Virus record (IMG/VR): IMGVR_UViG_3300046665_000548
Span: 248,001-312,000 of that record
Length of the DNA: 64,000 nucleotides
Strand: one strand, 5' to 3'
A model generated the notes under the pieces. It was not told where the DNA came from and ran no database searches. It was given only the letters and a program-made list of their open reading frames with translations. The translations under genes were made by a program, and so were the position numbers. This document shows, one piece after another, positions 1 through 7,685 of this stretch (the first letter of the stretch is position 1; every line of letters begins with the position of its first letter).

Positions 1-214
1 AAAAGGGGTGCATCGTTCGAGTTTCTTGGATGACGTGTTTGCTCACGAACACAGGAGGTTTGGTCCCGGTCTCGAAAAACCAATCGATCAACTCGGAGTC
101 GAGCTTGCAGTGAACCTCCCGCTGTAGACCGTCGCCGCATCCGAAAGAGACGATGTTCTCTTCCATGACATGGGGGAAATCTTTATACGGAATTTCGACT
201 ACGAGTTCGTGCAT
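1..214 (-). CDS. hypothetical protein, 3' end runs off the window
   Basis: Open frame MHELVVEIPYKDFPHVMEEN... read by hand from ATG at 214, directly downstream of the tRNA. Confidence 0.45.
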   Translation of the reverse strand, partial: MHELVVEIPYKDFPHVMEENIVSFGCGDGLQREVHCKLDSELIDWFFETGTKPPVFVSKHVIQETRTMHPF

Positions 215-227
215 GACCTTGGATTGT

Positions 228-317
228 TGGCGGAGCAGGAGGGATTCGAACCCTCGGTACGGTTACCCGTACAACACCTTTCCAGGGTGTCACAATCGGC
301 CACTCTGTCACCGCTCC
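228..317 (-). tRNA. tRNA-Ser(GGA), CCA encoded
   Basis: GGAGCGG acceptor, anticodon arm ACACC-CTGGAAA-GGTGT, long variable arm, GGTTCGAATCC T-arm, 3' GCCA. Confidence 0.95.
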
Positions 318-377
318 ATATGCATTCATTTAGCTTGGCATTTTGGTGAATGCAATTTTCTTAACCCCGCTTACCTA

Positions 378-536
378 TCAGCGAGAAGGGCAACGGCGTT
401 GTTCAATCTTTTGTCGCAACTGGTGAACGAGCGCATGTTGTGCGCACAACTCAGGCTCAGTCGAGTCCCACCCATATTTGGTAATCATTTTCGACAGCTT
501 AGTAAGCTCGTTTCTCAGTTTGTCTTCATCTGTCAT
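378..536 (-). CDS. small hypothetical protein
   Basis: MTDEDKLRNELTKLSK..., starts just after the stop of the 433-aa ORF. Confidence 0.4.
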   Translation of the reverse strand: MTDEDKLRNELTKLSKMITKYGWDSTEPELCAQHALVHQLRQKIEQRRCPSR

Positions 537-541
537 CTTGA

Positions 542-1843
542 TCACGCAATGAGTTGATTTCTGGCGGCAGGATCGCTTAAGAAAATCGGTTCGCCAAGTA
601 AGTTTTCTTCGGCCTCCGAGAGACCTTGAACACGCCAATCACGACCAGACGTGAAAATCGCTTTGGTTAGCGGCATCGGCGGCAAATATTCACCTAAAGA
701 GTCGAAGATCAGATTCGCCACGACAGGTCGAATATCACGAAGGCGAGCTTCCCGTTCAGGCCGTTCGAGGTTTACGTAACCGTGCTCGGAAAGGTGCGCG
801 ATGATCCCGGCCTCAAGACTTCCCATCTTCTGCTTCTTTTGCGGCAGATACGGAACAAGCCACTCCTGCTCGTACGCGATGGGCGCAACCGAATAGGCGT
901 TGCCGGTCTTGAGGATTTCGTCTTCCTCGTTTGCTTTGATGTGCAGGATGATGCTCGACACGTGATCCATCAACGGCACACCCGGCGTGTAGATGCACAG
1001 GTTGCACAGATGAATATCATCTTGTTTTGTAAAGACTGAAAGTTTAGCCCCACCATGCGAGGACAGAATTTTTCCTGTCTTCTCGATCTCGTATGTACAG
1101 TGCTTGCCTTCGATCCTAATCTTGTCACCGCTCAGGAACAGACGAGTGGTCGCCTTGCCGAGTAATTTTTCGCTCATCGCCACTGAACGACGAACCACCT
1201 TTCGATCCTGTTTGATCTGCTGGCGAATATAAGCGGACGCCTTTTCTACGTCTTGCTCTCGATAGGCCAAATCATTTGCGCCCGGCTCAGCGCCCAGGCT
1301 GCGACGAAGCTCATCAAGCGCGACAACTTGGTTCTGCCGACGACTCTCATAAAGATCGTTCGAAATCTTGAGCGCACGATCCAGACCGGGCACGGAATAG
1401 CCCTCCAGATCGTTATAGGCGCGCACACAGCCGCGTTTGAGAACGCTGAGGCTGTTCCATAGCCCGAAGCGCTGATCGACCTTACGGAGCGCCGCATCGG
1501 TCACCTCGGTCAAACCGAAATCGACTATCGATGACGAGATATGGCGAATAATCTCTTCGACTTGCGAGCCGGTCGATTCATAGACGGCTCGCGACGCAGC
1601 GAGGCGTTCTTCTGGCTTCTCCGCGCGCCACTTAACTAAACGCTCTTCGCAATACAGACCCATATCGGCAAGCGTGTGTATGTGCGCGCGGTGTTTCTTC
1701 CGCCGCCTACCCTCGGGATAGCCGTCGATGTACTGGTTCACGTCCTCCGCATGATACATGAAGTACCAATGCGTGTCGTTCGCGATGTGCAAGCACTCGA
1801 CGGAACAGTCTAGGAAATATTGGATATCCGGTGCTGCTGGCAT
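542..1843 (-). CDS. hypothetical protein (433 aa)
   Basis: Long ORF abutting the upstream ORF; no motif recognised. Confidence 0.75.
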   Translation of the reverse strand: MPAAPDIQYFLDCSVECLHIANDTHWYFMYHAEDVNQYIDGYPEGRRRKKHRAHIHTLADMGLYCEERLVKWRAEKPEERLAASRAVYESTGSQVEEIIRHISSSIVDFGLTEVTDAALRKVDQRFGLWNSLSVLKRGCVRAYNDLEGYSVPGLDRALKISNDLYESRRQNQVVALDELRRSLGAEPGANDLAYREQDVEKASAYIRQQIKQDRKVVRRSVAMSEKLLGKATTRLFLSGDKIRIEGKHCTYEIEKTGKILSSHGGAKLSVFTKQDDIHLCNLCIYTPGVPLMDHVSSIILHIKANEEDEILKTGNAYSVAPIAYEQEWLVPYLPQKKQKMGSLEAGIIAHLSEHGYVNLERPEREARLRDIRPVVANLIFDSLGEYLPPMPLTKAIFTSGRDWRVQGLSEAEENLLGEPIFLSDPAARNQLIA

Positions 1844-2238
1844 CAGCCGCCCTTAAACTGCTGAACCCCAACGGACGAGCCCGAGGCGGCCTCGTTCGCG
1901 CTCGCCGCTAAATGCGTCGTAACGTGAACCTCGTCCGTATCGCGGCGAGAGAACTCGATCTTGCCAGACTCAAAGAGCTTCTGAATATCATGATCAGCAA
2001 CGTTAATACGATACCGCTGAAGGTCATCCATGTCCTTCAGCCGCTTCCGGGAGACCTTGGTCCCCTTCACGTTCACCATGAAGAACCGGACACCCTCGTC
2101 CATCTTCTTTTGGATGATCCCCCGCATGGTCTCGTCCTGGTCCGAGTCCCAGGAAATCTCTACGTCGCCAAGCTGATTCATCAGAATGAGCGTGCGCTGC
2201 CCAGAATTTACTTGCATGAATGCTCCTCTTGTAAACAA
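1843..2238 (-). CDS. hypothetical protein
   Basis: 131-aa ORF whose stop overlaps the start of the 433-aa ORF. Confidence 0.7.
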   Translation of the reverse strand: MFTRGAFMQVNSGQRTLILMNQLGDVEISWDSDQDETMRGIIQKKMDEGVRFFMVNVKGTKVSRKRLKDMDDLQRYRINVADHDIQKLFESGKIEFSRRDTDEVHVTTHLAASANEAASGSSVGVQQFKGG

Positions 2239-2274
2239 CAGGATAGCTCAACCCCAAGCAACACTCAAGCGGGG

Positions 2275-2280
2275 TAAATA
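2275..2280 (+). promoter_or_regulatory. late promoter motif TAAATA
   Basis: TAAATA 4 nt before ATG 2285; T4-type late promoter core (TATAAATA). Confidence 0.6.
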
Positions 2281-2284
2281 TGCG

Positions 2285-2917
2285 ATGAAGATGCGTGGCC
2301 TTATCGACCTGATCGAAAACCAGAACACCCTGCACCTACCGGATATCGAGGTAGGCGATGAAGTAATGGTGGGTAAGTTCAAAAATCGCAAAGCAACAGT
2401 CAAGGGCTTCGCAAAGGACGACCACAATCAACCAGTCCTGAAAACAGACAAGGGCGATCAGAAGCTGTTCAAGCCGAGAATTAAGAAATTGAGCGAAGAG
2501 GAAGATGACGAGTCCAAACAACTCGCTCAACGGTTGGTTAATCAAACTTGGAATCTTAACGACGAATTATTTTCGCATCTCTTGTCTTGGGATCGTATCG
2601 TAAAGAGCCCATACGGTGCCTCGTTCTATGACACGTTTGACAAAACGTGGGATAACACGCCGACTGGCTCCCAGCGTATTGCCGACCATTGGGATTTCTT
2701 TAGCAAAGGAGCTTATCACTGCCAAAGCGAGCTACCTAACGGTCGTCGCGCGGGCAACCGCTGGGCTTGCGGGACTTGGGACGGAAATATCTATCAGATA
2801 ACGCTAATCGACCGTGTATCTGGATTAGTAGCCAAGTCAGTAAAGCATGACGGTGCCGCTCGTTTCGAACAAGCCCTTCAATATATTCGATCCGGGCGGA
2901 CGATTGATCTAAAATAA
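2285..2917 (+). CDS. hypothetical, probable late/virion-internal protein
   Basis: Starts MKMRGLIDLIE right after TAAATA. Confidence 0.7.
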   Translation: MKMRGLIDLIENQNTLHLPDIEVGDEVMVGKFKNRKATVKGFAKDDHNQPVLKTDKGDQKLFKPRIKKLSEEEDDESKQLAQRLVNQTWNLNDELFSHLLSWDRIVKSPYGASFYDTFDKTWDNTPTGSQRIADHWDFFSKGAYHCQSELPNGRRAGNRWACGTWDGNIYQITLIDRVSGLVAKSVKHDGAARFEQALQYIRSGRTIDLK

Positions 2918-2919
2918 AC

Positions 2920-3084
2920 CTACCGCTCACCTCCCTCTCGGCTCCGAGCAATGCGCTCGATCTGCTCAATGGCCTCACGCATCTGCCGACACTGAGACAA
3001 GATGTTCGACGCCCAGTCGCGGTCGCTCATATTTTCAGCAAGAGCCGCGATAAGACGCGCCTTTGGATCAATTGATTCCGACAT
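2920..3084 (-). CDS. small hypothetical protein (54 aa)
   Basis: Read by hand: MSESIDPKARLIAALAENMSDRDWASNILSQCRQMREAIEQIERIARSREGGER; below the ORF-track cutoff. Confidence 0.5.
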   Translation of the reverse strand: MSESIDPKARLIAALAENMSDRDWASNILSQCRQMREAIEQIERIARSREGGER

Positions 3085-3167
3085 AACGTGTTTCCTGTGG
3101 GTAACCCAAAAACTTCCATATTATGAACGCATTTAGAAGTTGGCCTTTCGGTGGGCAATGTCGCCCA

Positions 3168-3431
3168 ATGAAGATCGAAGAAATGGAATGCATCATGAAT
3201 TGTCGCTCACTGACAACTGCCTTCGTTTTCGTCTTCGCTTCAAGTATCAATGCTTCGGCCCAGAACGACAACGTACGGCGAGGCCGAAATACTATTACTC
3301 CTAATACCAGCAGGGTCGTATATTACCCGCGCCCATATCTTGTCGATATGACTCCACGCTACATGCTGACCAATAACGACTGCTCTGACAACGTTCGCGT
3401 GAATATGTGCACCTCAGGCGGAGGCAATTAA
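3168..3431 (+). CDS. possible exported small protein
   Basis: Hydrophobic stretch ending ASA-Q resembles a signal peptide; start uncertain. Confidence 0.35.
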   Translation: MKIEEMECIMNCRSLTTAFVFVFASSINASAQNDNVRRGRNTITPNTSRVVYYPRPYLVDMTPRYMLTNNDCSDNVRVNMCTSGGGN

Positions 3432-3470
3432 CGCATAGTACGAGGGGGTCGTGGATCAACCATGGCCCCT

Positions 3471-3752
3471 TCAGAATCCAAGGACCTCTACGGAACGATT
3501 CGTCTGATAGTAACGCCCACAAGCGCGCATACGCTTCGCCTCTTGAGTGCCCTGCTGGATCATGACGAGCGCGAGAGATACGCCGATGACCTTCAACGCG
3601 ATTAGGTCGGTCGATGCCGCGCCAATGCCCCAGATCACTGCGAGAGACATCAGTTCGAATTGTCGCCAACGATACTCGCGTATCCTGAGACCGTGGTCTA
3701 GGTCGCGAAGGAAATTGTCACGTCTGCGCACGATGTGCCTTTCTAACACCAA
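3471..3752 (-). CDS. hypothetical membrane protein
   Basis: 93-aa ORF with two hydrophobic segments, overlaps the upstream stop. Confidence 0.55.
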   Translation of the reverse strand: MVLERHIVRRRDNFLRDLDHGLRIREYRWRQFELMSLAVIWGIGAASTDLIALKVIGVSLALVMIQQGTQEAKRMRACGRYYQTNRSVEVLGF

Positions 3753-3982
3753 AACGTTTTGAACAGAACCGCGTCCCGTTCGGATCGAAAACCGAGACTA
3801 TAGTGAGTGTCCCTGCCATCGATGATTACGTTCATTGTTGGAATATAACCAAACTGGTCAACCGCCCAATCAATAATACTGTCCTTCAAACCGAAAGAAA
3901 AGGCTCGTTTCTCTTTGTGATATCCAACTTCGGCCAACTCGGTACCATACGGCACACGTATGTGGAAGGATTTGTCTGTCAC
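3743..3982 (-). CDS. hypothetical protein, F-x(3-4)-DA-xx-FK paralog family
   Basis: C-terminus FRSERDAVLFKTFWC. Confidence 0.7.
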   Translation of the reverse strand: MTDKSFHIRVPYGTELAEVGYHKEKRAFSFGLKDSIIDWAVDQFGYIPTMNVIIDGRDTHYSLGFRSERDAVLFKTFWC

Positions 3983-4035
3983 TTTTTACGGTTTCTTCCT
4001 GCAAATGTTTGGTCTGGCTATACTATTACTTGTAG

Positions 4036-4108
4036 CTCGGGAAGTAGGACTCGAACCCACATTTTCTGGAGTCAACATCCAGCATCCTACCAATTAGACG
4101 ATTCCCGA
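4036..4108 (-). tRNA. tRNA-Gln(TTG), atypical (G33, no CCA)
   Basis: TCGGGAA/TTCCCGA acceptor, anticodon arm CTGGA-TGTTGAC-TCCAG, GGTTCGAGTCC; 3' GCTA. Confidence 0.8.
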
Positions 4109-4115
4109 ATAAGAC

Positions 4116-4190
4116 TGGCTGGGGCGGGAGGGATCGAACCTCCGAATGCGGGAATCAAAATCCCGTGCCTTACCGCTTGGCGACGCCCCA
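4116..4190 (-). tRNA. tRNA-Gln(TTG), CCA encoded
   Basis: TGGGGCG acceptor, CGGGA-TTTTGAT-TCCCG, 3' GCCA. Confidence 0.95.
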
Positions 4191-4202
4191 ATAGTCTTAA
4201 AG

Positions 4203-4287
<85 letters not shown>

Positions 4288-4291
4288 GCGG

Positions 4292-4434
4292 TGTCTAAGG
4301 GAGGAATCGAACCTCCGTTGTAGTTGATGCTGTGAGGCTCCTTCGGTTTCTTTCCGGACTTCCGCCGACGATCACGCCACAACTATCAATCTACGCCGGT
4401 TCGCCCGGTGCGTATGCCACTCCGCCACATAGAC
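4292..4434 (-). ncRNA. tRNA-Leu-like RNA with stunted anticodon arm and ~75-nt variable arm
   Basis: GTCTATG/CTTAGAC acceptor, Leu-type D arm GGCGGAGTGGCATACGC, T arm GGAGGTTCGATTCCTCC, inserted stem-loop at 4320-4394. Confidence 0.7.
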
Positions 4435-4436
4435 AA

Positions 4437-4524
4437 TGGTGTGGATACTCGGATTCGAACCGAGACGAGGTTTACCTCGGTAGGTTCTGAGCCTACTGCG
4501 TCTACCAGATTCCGCCATATCCAC
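4437..4524 (-). tRNA. tRNA-Leu(CAG), CCA encoded
   Basis: GTAGG-CTCAGAA-CCTAC, long variable arm, ACCA. Confidence 0.95.
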
Positions 4525-4535
4525 AAACAATATTT

Positions 4536-4621
4536 TGGTGCGCCAAACAGGATTTGAACCTGTACGCTCTTTCGAGCACGGGCCTCTCATGCCCGCGTGT
4601 CTACCCTTCCACCGTCAGCGC
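4536..4621 (-). tRNA. tRNA-Leu(GAG), CCA encoded
   Basis: CGGGC-ATGAGAG-GCCCG, long variable arm, ACCA. Confidence 0.93.
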
Positions 4622-4634
4622 GAGATGTACTTTG

Positions 4635-4705
4635 ATGGAGGCCCTGGATTCGAACCAGAACTAACAGGGTCAGCACCTGTCCTTCTACCGTTAAAGTAGC
4701 CTCCA
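4635..4705 (-). tRNA. tRNA-Gln(CTG), atypical (G33, no CCA, extended acceptor stem)
   Basis: TGGAGGC/GCCTCCA acceptor, ACAGG-TGCTGAC-CCTGT, GGTTCGAATCC. Confidence 0.75.
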
Positions 4706-4731
4706 TCAAAGTACACCAAAGATGAGATTAG

Positions 4732-4804
4732 CTAGGGGAGTAGGGCTCGAACCTACGACCGCCTGAATCAGAATCAGGAGCGCTACCAACTGCGCCATCC
4801 CCCA
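4732..4804 (-). tRNA. tRNA-Gln(CTG), no CCA, extended acceptor stem
   Basis: TGGGGGA/TCCCCTA, CCTGA-TTCTGAT-TCAGG, GGTTCGAGCCC. Confidence 0.9.
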
Positions 4805-4816
4805 GCTAATCTCACC

Positions 4817-5101
4817 TCAAACTTTCACACCTCCTTTCCTCATCTTCTTCAACTCTGCTTTCGATAGTTCTTTTTCCACGATGTATCGCATCGGGTCGCC
4901 GTCTTCGTCGTCAACGACCGAGAATCCGGCCGCTTTGAAAGTCCTTGGGATGTTCACCGAACAGGTGCAGTAATCCCAAATTCTACTGTCGTTCTTCTCG
5001 TAACCGTCCCGAAAGACGACCCGATCTAGACCTCCCACGAGCTTCCCGATTTGTCGGGGCGTCGTGTAGATGTGTTGTCGAAAACCTACGCTGGTGCACA
5101 T
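4817..5101 (-). CDS. hypothetical protein, first gene after the Leu/Gln attenuator
   Basis: MCTSVGFRQH... with GGAGA SD; stop lies just before tRNA-Gln. Confidence 0.7.
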   Translation of the reverse strand: MCTSVGFRQHIYTTPRQIGKLVGGLDRVVFRDGYEKNDSRIWDYCTCSVNIPRTFKAAGFSVVDDEDGDPMRYIVEKELSKAELKKMRKGGVKV

Positions 5102-5117
5102 TGCATTTCTCCAAAAC

Positions 5118-5148
5118 AAAAGGCCCCCAGGATTTCTCCGGGAGCCTT
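5118..5148 (-). terminator. second intrinsic terminator of the Leu/Gln leader
   Basis: AAGGCTCCCGGA-GAAA-TCCTGGGGGCCTTTTG. Confidence 0.7.
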
Positions 5149-5161
5149 ACATGCGAACATG

Positions 5162-5191
5162 AAAAAGGCCCTGCCGGAGTTCCGGAGGGCC
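5162..5191 (-). terminator. attenuator terminator of the Leu/Gln tRNA operon
   Basis: GGCCCT-CCGG-AACT-CCGG-C-AGGGCC-TTTTT; 5' arm complementary to leader segment GAGGGCCAACC. Confidence 0.85.
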
Positions 5192-5219
5192 ACCTTTGGT
5201 TCAGTTGCTAGTCACAGCA

Positions 5220-5282
5220 TCACTGCACGCGGGGTTGGCCCTCGTTGGTAAGTTGCAGTTGCTGGAGTAGGTTCTTGAACAT
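5220..5282 (-). CDS. Leu/Gln-rich attenuator leader peptide MFKNLLQQLQLTNEGQPRVQ
   Basis: Codons 5-11 are CTA CTC CAG CAA CTG CAA CTT; ATG directly after the promoter; followed by antiterminator/terminator. Confidence 0.8.
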   Translation of the reverse strand: MFKNLLQQLQLTNEGQPRVQ

Positions 5283-5287
5283 GGTTT

Positions 5288-5318
5288 TATTTATCTCAGA
5301 CTTATGTTGCGCCGTCAA
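5288..5318 (-). promoter_or_regulatory. promoter of the Leu/Gln leader (TTGACG-N17-GATAAA overlapping TAAATA)
   Basis: Minus strand TTGACG GCGCAACATAAGTCTGA GATAAATA AAACC ATG. Confidence 0.7.
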
Positions 5319-5323
5319 TAAGA

Positions 5324-5355
5324 AAAAACGAGGAGAAGACTTGCTTCTCCTCGTC
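5324..5355 (-). terminator. intrinsic terminator of the candidate structured RNA
   Basis: CGAGGAGAAG-CAAGT-CTTCTCCTCG-TTTTTT. Confidence 0.85.
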
Positions 5356-5606
5356 GTGAGTTACTTTTACCAGCAATACAGCCAAGGCCACCGTGGCAGC
5401 CCACGTCCTCGGTTACGATCCGCCAGACTAGGGGTAACGATCCCCATTCCGGGTGGCGACGAGAAATCCATCCTGTCGCTGTATTGTTGGTAAAAGTAAT
5501 AGAAAGCGGGAGGGCTGCGTTGCGATACATCTGACACGGGCACACTGCCGACTAGCCAAATGCACGACTGCCCAGGTGTTCCCTCCCGCCAGTAGTCTTC
5601 AAAATA
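5330..5606 (-). ncRNA. candidate structured ncRNA of about 280 nt, unknown class
   Basis: Own TAAATA (5613-5618) and terminator; GCGGGAGGG/CCCTCCCGC domain; 22-bp near-perfect stem TTACTTTTACCAACAATACAGC/GCTGTATTGCTGGTAAAAGTAA closing a multibranch loop. Confidence 0.65.
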
Positions 5607-5628
5607 CCAGATTATTTACTGGCGTCAA

Positions 5629-6114
5629 CTAAATCTTTTCGATGGTGAAAGTCAGGTAGGGACCGGAGTCTTCGATATGAGCCTCGTATCCGAACTGGTG
5701 AATTTGAGAGGCGAAACGCTGGAGCAAACGTGAGTAGAGCCCGGCCTTGCCAGTGCCGTCGTCCACTCCGCTCTTCTGTCCGGTGAAGTAGATCACGTCT
5801 GGAGCATGTTCGCCAACGAGATCGCGCAACGCTTGGATGAAGGTCGAGAATACTTTGATGGATGACGATCCCGCAGCGCCGGTTGCTTTGTACGGATCGT
5901 GTCTTGCTGTTGAGGCGAGTTCTGGGGAGGCGCGGTCGGTATCGACGCGGAATTTGCAATCCCAATTTTTCAGATAACGTATGAACACGAATTCCAGCGG
6001 CGTGTCGCCAACCTGCGCTTTGCCGACCCATTTGGAGTCAGTCTTCTGCCAAGTAATCGGAAGACTTTCATTGAAACTTTCATAGAGATCGATGATCGCA
6101 CGCATTTCCATCAT
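5629..6114 (-). CDS. hypothetical, probable virion-internal protein
   Basis: TAAATATCCGC-ATG (motif at 6120-6125); N-terminus MMEMRAIIDLYE. Confidence 0.75.
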   Translation of the reverse strand: MMEMRAIIDLYESFNESLPITWQKTDSKWVGKAQVGDTPLEFVFIRYLKNWDCKFRVDTDRASPELASTARHDPYKATGAAGSSSIKVFSTFIQALRDLVGEHAPDVIYFTGQKSGVDDGTGKAGLYSRLLQRFASQIHQFGYEAHIEDSGPYLTFTIEKI

Positions 6115-6207
6115 GCGGATATTTATTTGAGCAGGCCATGCATGTATTCCTATCACGGGCGTTGATCTTATTGGTGTAAATAAAAGACCTTCTTAACAGG
6201 GAGCAAC

Positions 6208-7011
6208 ATGCTCAAGCGTATCGCGTTTTTTCTTTCATTACTTTTCATATCACCTACGTTTGCAGCATCTCAGCTTGTAAATGACACCTACTCTCCAACA
6301 GTGAAGATTAAGCAGGGCAAAAGCAACGGATCGGGCACAGTTATCTTTTCGTTTGGCCGAACCTACGTACTGACTAATTTTCACGTGGTCAGCACCGTAT
6401 CAGCGAAGGACGATAAAACAACTGACGTTTTGCCCTTCGAGAAGATCGATGTCATCACGTACAAATACGAAAACATCGACAATATCGAAGAGACTACATT
6501 TCAGGGCAAGGTCGTTCTGTTCAACCGGAAGATGGACCTCGCACTAGTTGAGGTTGTTGGTGCGATAGGACTGCCGGTCGCTCGCATCGACTTCAAGATG
6601 AGACCTGATATTGGCGAGAATGTATTCGCGGTGGGTAGTGGCCTCGGACATACGCCATTCATGACGGATGGACTACTAAGCCGCACCAAACCCAATGATG
6701 GATATCCGTACTATCTTTCTACATCTCCGATTGTACCCGGCAATTCCGGTGGCGGTCTTTACATGAAGTGCGGTGACAACCTGAGTCGTTTCTGCCTCAT
6801 TGGTGTTCCATCTCGTGTGCTCATGATCGACAAGGGAGTGCCGATCCCTCACATGGGATTTTCTGTTCGCCTACAGACCGTCGCTAAGTTTCTGCTCGAC
6901 TCGAATTACGAGTTCATCATCAATCCATGGTTGGTCAACAAGACTGCGAGGCCAGTTGTTGATGCGGTTGATGAAGACGAGCCGGAAGCCGACGAAGATG
7001 ATGCCGACTAA
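6208..7011 (+). CDS. trypsin-like (S1) serine protease with signal peptide
   Basis: GSGT, LTNFHVV (His), MDLAL (Asp), PGNSGGGL (Ser); N-terminal hydrophobic signal; TAAATA at 6177 and GGGAG SD. Confidence 0.9.
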   Translation: MLKRIAFFLSLLFISPTFAASQLVNDTYSPTVKIKQGKSNGSGTVIFSFGRTYVLTNFHVVSTVSAKDDKTTDVLPFEKIDVITYKYENIDNIEETTFQGKVVLFNRKMDLALVEVVGAIGLPVARIDFKMRPDIGENVFAVGSGLGHTPFMTDGLLSRTKPNDGYPYYLSTSPIVPGNSGGGLYMKCGDNLSRFCLIGVPSRVLMIDKGVPIPHMGFSVRLQTVAKFLLDSNYEFIINPWLVNKTARPVVDAVDEDEPEADEDDAD

Positions 7012-7027
7012 TCCGAAATGGTCATCA

Positions 7028-7058
7028 TAAATACACCGAACAACAACTCGGTGTATTT
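7028..7058 (+). promoter_or_regulatory. late promoter embedded in an 11-bp hairpin abutting the lysin start codon
   Basis: TAAATA 7028-7033; stem AAATACACCGA (7029-7039) / TCGGTGTATTT (7048-7058); ATG at 7060. Confidence 0.7.
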
Positions 7059-7059
7059 C

Positions 7060-7212
7060 ATGGCCTTTATCAACACTCTGTTTAACTTGTGGCCTCATGG
7101 AGACGATAAGATTCCAGGGCTCCGAGATGGCATTGCAGCCTCGGCTGACGACGTATTTCGAAAGTACAACATTCATTCAAACCTGATCATTGCGCACGTG
7201 ATGGCGCAATGA
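7060..7212 (+). CDS. GH19 endolysin N-terminal fragment
   Basis: Ends ...LIIAHVMAQ-stop exactly where the GH19 motif AQ-x-x-HE should continue. Confidence 0.65.
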   Translation: MAFINTLFNLWPHGDDKIPGLRDGIAASADDVFRKYNIHSNLIIAHVMAQ

Positions 7213-7685
7213 TCAGTCACGAATGCGGGGCCGGTAGCGAGATTGAGGAAAACCTCAACTACAGCGCACAGCGCATGACGCAGGTATGGCCGAGCCGCTT
7301 TCCTACAACGACCATTGCCGCTCCGTATGCGCACAACGCCAGAGCGTTGGCCAATAAGGTCTACAACGGTCGCATGGGCAATCGTATCGGCACCGATGAT
7401 GGCTGGAATTTCCGAGGCCGGGGTGCTGCACAGACAACTGGCCGCGAAGGCTACGAGCGTCTTGCGAAGGCGACTGGCCTGGATGTGCTCAACGATCCGG
7501 ATATCGTAACTGATCCGAAATTCTTTCTCGAATGCGGCGTTGCTGATTTCATCAACTGTGGTTGCTTGCCTTATGCGGAGCGCGATGACGTTGTTGGCGT
7601 CACCAAGCATTTGAATGGCGGAACTGTTGGTTTGGCCGAGCGCAAAGCATGGCTGGCAAAGTGGAAGGCAGCGTATCACCTATGA
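7209..7685 (+). CDS. GH19 (chitinase/lysozyme-like) endolysin catalytic part
   Basis: SHECG, EENLNYS, FRGRGAAQTTGREGY, TKHLNGG motifs. Confidence 0.85.
   Translation: MISHECGAGSEIEENLNYSAQRMTQVWPSRFPTTTIAAPYAHNARALANKVYNGRMGNRIGTDDGWNFRGRGAAQTTGREGYERLAKATGLDVLNDPDIVTDPKFFLECGVADFINCGCLPYAERDDVVGVTKHLNGGTVGLAERKAWLAKWKAAYHL

Noticed and set aside
318-380. Leader peptide for the solitary tRNA-Ser genes (228..317 and 53682..53768)
   Set aside because: No Ser-rich mini-ORF or terminator upstream; only a TGCATTCA inverted repeat here and a bare promoter at 53643-53671
4320-4394. Insert in the Leu-like RNA as a group I or BHB intron
   Set aside because: Far too short for group I, lies in the variable arm, no bulge-helix-bulge seen; removing it still leaves a defective anticodon arm
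5315-5545. 76-aa ORF inside the structured RNA region
   Set aside because: No SD, crosses the terminator, and the sequence is dominated by long base-paired stems
5330-5606. Identity as RNase P RNA, tmRNA, SRP RNA or 6S RNA
   Set aside because: No GAGGAAAGUCC/P4 motif, no tRNA-like ends or tag ORF, no SRP domain IV; multibranched rather than a rod with a central bubble
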